This document shows positions 44,601-53,600 of a stretch of DNA of 64,000 bases, one piece after another. The position numbers were made by a program, and so were the translations under genes. Source of the DNA: a virus. Below the pieces are notes generated by a model, which worked only from the letters and a program-made list of their open reading frames with translations, ran no database searches and was not told the origin of the DNA. Position 1 is the stretch's first letter, and every line of letters starts with the position of its first letter. The stretch is taken from positions 1 through 64,000 of the IMG/VR virus record IMGVR_UViG_3300023174_000152. One strand, written 5' to 3'.

Positions 44601-47600
44601 TGTATATTGCGCGGGGTTGAAAATAGATCCACTGTCTAGCTCAATGCTGTCATCAACTTGATTGACACTGTAGACTTGATCGCGGAAACGAACCAGTTGT
44701 CCCTCAGTGTATTTGGTATTGGGCTGCCAATCTAATACCTGACTGGTGTAGTTGTAACGATCGTACTTGAGTGTGGTAGTGATAGTTCTTACCAGCTGAC
44801 TTTCTAACACCGCTACAGCTCGTGCGCCCACTCCGTTACCGCCTTCGATAGTGATGATAGGAGTGGTAGTGTATCCTGATCCAGAATCAATCACGATCAG
44901 TTCTACGACTTGTCCGGCAGTGTTTATTCTAGCCACTAGTTCAGCTTCTCTCACAGCATCACCAGTGACTGTGACCACTGGTGGTACTGTATATCCTGCA
45001 CCTTGATCAATTATTGTGGCACTGGTCAACAACAGTTTGTAGTTGTCAAACCATTGTTGCCAAGGTATTTCTTGCCAAATCGGTGCTGTGCTTGGTTCGC
45101 TGTTTGAATACTTAGGAGGAACCGAATCATCAAGCGCAGGTGCTTCAAACTCTTGTAACTCACTGTCGTAATACGCAGGGCAGTCAAAGTCTGTGACATT
45201 GCCATCATAGGTATCAAAACCATCATAGCGTAGGTTAAACTCTTTGATCTTGACGTGATAAGGTTTGACTTCCTTGATGTAATCAAGCACAAAGTCCTGA
45301 TTATCAGTGCGGAAGATTTGGTACGGCAACAGATCACGGATCTTGTGTGTGACATCAATCAGTGAGGTCTTAAACAACCAATCAGGTGCTATCTGCTCTG
45401 TGAGTATGAAATCAAACACCAGCAACAGCAATTCGTTGCGGAATATAGCCCATTCGTCGACTAATATTTCTTCGTTGATGGCCTTGATGATTTGGCGTGT
45501 TTCAATGGCTGGGTATTGATCGAATCGTTGGCTGTCAAAAGTTTCAACGTCAAATCCAAATCGTCCAAGATCATAGTTCCAGATTTCTTCTTTGATACGC
45601 ACCGTACCATCTTGCAAGACCACACGAGTCCAAGTGCCGTTGAGGTACTGGTATATTTCATATTTGGCAAAACTATTACGGGTGACTTTGGCGCTGGCAC
45701 CTTCGGGCACAGTGAGTCGTGATAGGTCGCTGAACGTAGCAACTTCGGCCACTGGCTTGACTCCGGCATTGTATCCAGGCTTCACCCAGTCGATGTATTC
45801 CCAGTATAGTTTGGTGTCATAGTTTTGCACACGGCTCAGCAATAGTTGTTTACGTATGCCATCAAGGCTGAGAATCACTGTGTAGATAGTCCATAGGCCG
45901 TCATTGGTAGAATCAGATGCTACCAAATACTTGTATCCCACCGGAACTTCTGACAGATCTTGGAATGTGAGCTCTTGATAATCCAGTACTCTCTTGTTCC
46001 ATGCACCCGATGCCGAAGTCGGTTCAGGTTCTGCACTGTTCAACAGATTAAAAGGACGACTATCTGTGATAGGGAACTGTGCCATTATGGCATTGGCACG
46101 TTTGAGATAGTTTTGCAAGGCCAAGAATCGATCAACAAAGAAGCTCTGGCGTGGGCGGAACTGCACACCGTAACGATCTGCTGGGCTCAGTGTTGGGTCG
46201 GGAACTTTATTGCCCAGCGTATCTTCGCCACAGAAGCTGTCAAGCATTTTGCGGAACAAGCCAGCGACCAAGAAACTGTCAGGATTATTTGATGCTATCA
46301 AATCATACTCAGCGTGTACATTGTCATCGTTAGCGATCTTGTCAAACTCAACATTGAGTATGGTATCTTGTGCGCTGATATATGGTCTACCGTTGTAGAT
46401 TGCAATGGTGCTGGGTCCAAGGAAAGCCACGTATGGCAGTCCTGAACTACGAGGGTGCTCAATGTACTGAGAGATAGCTTGAACACTCAAAGTTTTCTTG
46501 GCACGTGATACTACTTCTGGTATACCTTTGACCCAGAAAGAGTAAAGAGATGTAAACAATCCATCGGTATTGAGTTTGCTGGATACCACAAAACTTGTGG
46601 TGCTATAAACTGTACCAGGGCCAGTGTATTCTGCTGGTGGAACAGGACTTTCAATCCACTGATATACATCTACTGAGCTACCTGGGAATACCTGGCTCCA
46701 ACGTTGGCTTTCATAAGCTATGGTTGATTGATGGTAATCGATAAAGCGCACTGTGGATAGATCCCACCAGATTTGTCCAAGATGTGTTTCATTCCAAGTG
46801 TCACCATAGTTGTTGACCTCACCAACATTGTAAGCGGCAGGATCTACAGCGCCAATGTAATCGATGTTTTGACGTGCTACTCCTAGGATTTTGCCTTGCA
46901 GTGGATCGATGAAATCAAAATACTGTGTCACTTTGCTTTCAAGCCTGTCGTACATGTACACAGAGTTGATCAACTTGACATCAACTATGGGTTTTTGTCT
47001 GTACACAATGTCCCAGGCCGCTAGACGATCTGGATTGTTGAGCTGTGATATTCTTCCATAGTCTCCTACAGAGTCGCCAAGGTCGTCTTGCGGACTACCA
47101 ACCAATAATATACCATTGCGATAGCTCACAGCAGTACCAAAGTTATCCAAAGAGTTTACATCGTCATCATAGATCTGAGCACCGAACACAAACTTGCTGG
47201 GGTTGCTCACGCTGGGGTTAGCGGCACTGAGTAAATCGTAGGTATAAGCAACACCGCTTTCGGGCAGTAGGTCAAAGAAGTTAGTGGCCTTGCTGTCAAA
47301 GAATGTGGTTCCACCGTCGAACGTTGTGGGTTTGGCCGCAGTTCCCTGTGGAGAACCCACGACCAATGTTCTTGAATCATCACTGATATCCAGTGACGCT
47401 CCAAAGTGTGCATAGGCCAGTTGATTTGGGGCTTCCACTGTTTGTGCATAAACCTGTGGATTGAATCCAAGATCATAGTAAGCTGTGCCCAGTCCTGGCA
47501 ACACAGTCAACTGTGTAAACGGTACAGCGGCATCTGAATTCTTGATGCTGATTGTCAAGTATCCGTTGCTGACAATGGCCTGTACATTGGGTACTTCGAC

Positions 47601-50600
47601 CAGTCCAATGTTGTTTGGCTCTGCTGCCACATTGATATCGTTGGCAAATAACTCAACCCAACTTGACAGTTTCCAGTAACTGGTGTCGTTGATGCTGGTA
47701 GACACCGGAACATTTCTCAAGGCTTGATAGATTGTAGAACCACTGATCACGAATGTTCCTGACGCCCAATCTATTGAACTATTCCAAGGAGTTGGGGTCG
47801 ACACTTCTACATCGACCTGCTGTATACGCACAGTATTGCCCGGTGTCAGTGTTGGATTTTGGCTGTCGCCGGTGATTATTCCATACAGTCTTGACTGATT
47901 GGTAAATCTTTCAACACTGCCGCCTTGTGGAACCACGCGAGAGTCATTGGGCTGACCAATGTACAAACTACAGTTGGTTGGGCATTGTTGTACCACTGAA
48001 CCAAAACTTGCTCCTTCCGAAGGAGAGTTTGACGCAACTTCTTGTATCAAGGCGAATGTATTGGTGTCTATTTCAATGGTGTCACCGACATTTAGTACCA
48101 CAGTGATATTGACAGTGTTTGCATCAACCTCTGAGAACTGTCCATTGTTGTTTGATCCATCAGGTATGAGATAGGTAGCATTGACTTTTACACTAGCTGG
48201 TCCATTAAAATTTCTCAATGTTGAATATAAAGTTTGTGTGGTATCAGTGACAGTAAATCTTTCAACGCTTCGGTCGATCGCATACACTTGTCCGGCTAAG
48301 AGTTTACCATTAGCTGTGTCGTTGGGGGCGCCGATCACAATCTGACGACCGTCTGTGGTTGTCGTTATCGACTGACCAAATCTTGCGCCTGTGATTGCAC
48401 CCAATGTGTTACCGTCAACATAATCTACATACCGGAAATATGAACCGGCGTTTACCAACACAGTACCTACTTGTCCTCCCAACACAAAAGTTATTATTTT
48501 GGTTGTAGGATTGAAAGAATAGTCCATGTTAGGACGTTGTAATATACTATTAACGTACACACTAAAACTGTCAATGTCCGAAACAGTATATAGATCTTCG
48601 AGAGGAAATGTAGTAGTTGGACTGGTAGGGAAGAATGTTTTACTTTGTAATCTTATAATTCTTATTTCGTCGTCACCGTTTGGTGGTGAATTGAATATCA
48701 CAGTACCATTGGCATAGTTATAATCTACGCCTGGTATTTTTGGCAGATCATTGACGGTTATACCAATCTGTTGTTCACCAATACCCCCATCGGCTGAATC
48801 CTCATCTACTATGATTACATCAGCGATGTAAAAATCTGTTGTTTCACCGTCACCTACAAAGTTTTTGACCTGCGACTGTATGTCTACACGATTGTAAGCA
48901 TACACGCGATTACCGGCAGGAGCACCCACGTACATCCAACGTTCATCGTTGCTGATCGTTACGCTATATCCATATTCGTCGTAGTTGAAAATATTGATCA
49001 GTGATCCCGGGGCAGGCGGTGTTGTAAACACCACTGTGGATCCTATAACATTCCAGTCAGTACCTCTTGTTTTGACAACATCGCTGATCACTACACTGAC
49101 TTTGTTAGGGTCTGCCAGAGTCACTCCACTGGGAGTATATGTAAATGTCACACCATTGCCTGTGGCTTGATACAATCTATAAGGTACTTCGGTAAGCAGT
49201 TGGCTCTGAATAAAGTCACCTGAGTTGAGATTGCGATTGACTGTTGCCGCATATCCTTGCTTGGCCCAAGAGTTACCTGCACCAACTACACCCCACTGAC
49301 TGCCACCCGATGCCACTGCGGCACCATAGTTTACAAAGTTTGCGGCGCCCATGGTCAGTACACCAGTTTCTACATAGTCAACTGTGCCACCCTTGGTAAA
49401 TGTGTAAACTGCACCAATCTCACCGCTATAACCAGGCGCACCCATCAGTGCGGCTAGGCCACCAAAGCCTTGAGAAATGGCAGCGCCAAATCTTGAACTG
49501 ATCACTGGCTCGGCTGGAACGATTCCTGGTGTGGTGGTAAAGGGATTGATTTTTTCGTAGACTGTCCAGTGACCTGTACCGTCGTCGTCGACCCAGGCAC
49601 GATTTCCTGGCAATAAACTGTTGGCATAAACCAGATTGGACACATCTGATGCTTGCTTTACTCGCATGGTTTCGAGCACAAAGCAAATACCGGTGCCTGT
49701 GACTTGTGTAACAGCACCGCCCAATGTAAGCGCAACAGTTACCGTGGTAAGGCTGGGCACAGAAAGCACCGTGTATGCTCCGTCGATGCCTTGCCCAAAA
49801 TACTTGATCACTATTTTTTCATTGATATACAGACCGTGTTGTCCTGCAAACTGCAAAGTGCAAGTCCCGTTGAGGTTATCACGCACTTGTACCAACGAAT
49901 AGATCACCAAGTTGTTGCGATAGATATTCCAATCATAGGCATTGTCTTTGGCTACCCATACACTGGTACCTACATAGATATTTTCAATGTCATTGATTAT
50001 GTTGTCAAGGTCGGTAAAGTTGAATAGCTTGATGTCAGCATCATCCCAGTTTACATAACCAGCACTGGGCAACTGCACATCGGTCGCATCCAGGAATGTG
50101 GTGGGCAATATGTTGGGATTAGTTATAGGATAACTTTGTTTCCAAATATCACTGACTAAAACTGTCTGATCAGCGTCGCTGAACTGTTGAGGTTCTATGA
50201 TCTGTATGGTCGATGGATTGCCCAACAAATCAGCTTCGTTGAGTCTGAGTTCAAAATAACTACGGTTGGCATTGGCACCATAGATAGCACGTTGGATAGC
50301 CCAGTTTTCAAATATCTCATACTCAGCGACTTCTTTGCCAAGGTTGGCCTTGGTGAATATGTCTGTGGCCTGCGTGGTTCCTTTGACCCCAATAAACTCT
50401 TGATAGAGATTGACTTGACTGATGTCATCAAGATTCAAGTTCTGCATGTAGCGACGTGGTCTAAAACCAATCAAGCCAAATGCAAACAAGTCAGCGTCTC
50501 GCTCAAGATTAGCTTGATTAGTGTTGTAGAATCCACGTATTTGTTCTGAACTGGTGGCGGCGTTGGGCAACAGACCTTTTTGTATCTGTGCGTAGTCGCT

Positions 50601-53600
50601 CTTGAGCCAGAACTCAAAATCAAACTTTTCGCTGGGCGGAATGATTTTTACAGCAGACCAATATGAATCTTTATACTTGACGATCTGTCCTTTGGTATAG
50701 CTTCTGTTGGGCGACCATTGTTGTATGTTGTCCTGATTAAGTATGAAACCCTGTGCATCAAGGCTGCCGTTCCAGTCATAGGTTGTATAGCCCACAAATA
50801 ACAGGCGACTCTGACGAGCACCTGTGATTGGATCATAGATCAAATCATTGAACACACTGGTATTGTCAAGCACGATGAGATGTTCGAACTCAGTAAACTT
50901 AGCTGCCAGATAGCTGAAGGTGCTGTTGTTGATACCACGCAAAGTGAGATCGTTTTCAAAACGTTCTACCACGTATTCTTGTGATTGCAATGGCTCTTTG
51001 TTTTGATTCAATAAAATATCTTCTGGTGCCACAGTGCTCAAAGGCTCAGCAACCAAGCCAGGTTTCAGAACATTCAGTATATTGGCAGCAGGATTGATGT
51101 TGATCAAGCTACCTGGGGCCCAGCCTTGCTGACTCCAGTAGATAAACTCTTGTACCATCTGGCTCCAGTTCAAGATACGTCCACGATCTTGATCATTGAA
51201 TGTCATCCCTTGTCGAGTCAAGCAGGCACCATAGCTCATCAAAAAGTCTGCCACAGAGTTGATTCCGACAAACTCATATCCGTAGGGGATCTGTACCACG
51301 GTGTCACTGTAGTCATTGAGCACTCGAACTGTTTTATCCGCTACTGTGATCGTACGGTAGTTACCGTTGGGAATGCTAGACAATATTTCAAAATAAGGTC
51401 TGGTGGTTGAATAGCCGTAGACTGCGTAGCCTAACTCTGTTTTTTGTATTACCACCGAACTCCAAACCAAAGTGTCTATGGTTGGGTTTTTATACAGCAG
51501 GATCTGATAGCTTTCGTCGGGCAATAGCAAACTGGTATTCAAGCTGTTGGGGCTTGATTTTTCTGTAAACAGTTTGATATACTGTTTGTCAGAGAACGCT
51601 GCCATACGATAGCAAAGTCTAACATCAGTCCATATCAATACCTCGCCAAGTTCTACTGAACTGTCTCTACCTTGTAGTTTGTTGTAGTCTACGATAAAGT
51701 TTAGGTACCCATGTTTTGCAGAACCTGTACCATAGATTTCATAAAATCCTGTACCGCTAGATCTAGACCGCCCAGCAAAAACAAACTGTTGCAATTCTGG
51801 ATCTAAGCGGTAGTCATCTCGGAGAGCAAAATATGTAAAGAACTGTGCTGGTTTCGTCAACGCCAACAATCGCATCACAGCAAATGGCCATGCGCTGGAT
51901 TTCTGCCAAGACGCTTCAACTGGACCATCGTCGCCTACTGTCCAACTCTTACGGAAACTGTTAGGAGCATACTCTCCCACAACAACATCAAATGGTGACA
52001 GCAACATGCCTTCAGAATCACTTGGTATGACTTTGGTCAGTCCTGGGCGTATGTATTTTTCAACGATGTAAGATCCTGCTGGATCCATCACGCGGCCAGC
52101 TTCAAGGTCTTGCCACAACACCAAGTTACCAGATGTATAAGGTGCCGGACCATACTCGTCCTCCCACCACGATGGTTTTTCTGTGATGCCCAACATTTCC
52201 CAAGGTCTAGTGTTGGGAGCGTCTGTGTCGTAGAAATAGTTGTAGATACCTCGCCAGTTGCCCAATAACTCTGTGCCGTCTAGCTTGCTTTGACATGCGG
52301 TATAGTTCCAGGTAAACTGATTGTTGGCATTGTATTCTTGCTCTCGATAGTTGAGTTTGTTTGCTCCCACCCAAGCCAAGAAGCTGACGGACATTATCTG
52401 TGTGATCTCTTCCTGGGTATAATCTGTTTTACGGAACTCTCCTGGAGACACATCTTCATAGACCAAAGGCACAGGATTGCCTACTAACTTGAGGTTGTTA
52501 TAGATGCGTTTTTCAAACTCTAACAATACTTCATCACGGATATCTTGATAGGCCACTGTGATTGACCCATCGTGCCCACGGATCACAGGAGTAGGATCAA
52601 CGTATGTGTCATCAACAAATGCTTCAGGCACATAGGCTGGATACATTCCTAGTTTGGTTGGAGTTGAAGGTACGAAGTTACCAACTGTTGATGTATATTC
52701 TCTCAGTGTCACTGTGTCACCAAGTTGCAAAGGCACATCAATGGTCACCCGAGGACCATCCACGGCCACGGTGTATTCTATACCATTGCCCAATAGCTGT
52801 CGACCATTCAGATACACCAATATGGCTCTGTAGTTGGCTTCGGTGAAGTTGTAGGTGTACAGAGTGTCAAACGTGTTGCCAGTGATGGGAGTCACTGTGT
52901 AGTTTGTTTCCTGGAAGGTCTCGCCCGAAGGCACTGTGTCTGTCCAGTAAAATGCAGCCAGTTCATTTTTGCCGTAGTTGATGATGGTCATACAATCATC
53001 AAGGATCTCAGCAGGAGTCATATTTTGGAAGTTGTTTCTGACCACAGCATCCATTATGAGATTCTTGTATTTTTCGTACTCTCTTGATGAAAACTCAAGA
53101 GCGCGGAAAAAATCATACTGTGAGTTATTGGCAAACAATGCAGATAAAATCACTGGAGCACTGTTTTGTATGATTGAGTCGCCGTAGGGTATGAGGTTAC
53201 CAAGATCTCTTGTGTTATTTTGTCCGTTGATTGTGCCAGAGAATGTCTTTAAGTTTTGACAAATACTGCCATAGTAGTTTCTCACAGTTCCCAAAGTAAC
53301 TTCTGTGACTTGGTCATTGTTTGGATTGTTTTCAAGGTTCAGCGGAACGCTATAAAAACCAGTGGGGCTGGCCACATCACTGATCACGCTGACCTCCACA
53401 GTAGAATCCAGCGCAGGAGGATTTATAAATGTTATCACTGTGCTGTTATTGTCTTTGACTTCATAGGTGTAGTTGTCTGTGGTCAAAAACACAGCATTGA
53501 CAAACACTTTGACTGGGACTGCTGTACTGTTTGTTTTTACAGGAATGTCAATGACCAGCGGAATACCAGTATAGGTAAACGAGAAACTTTGTCTTGATAC

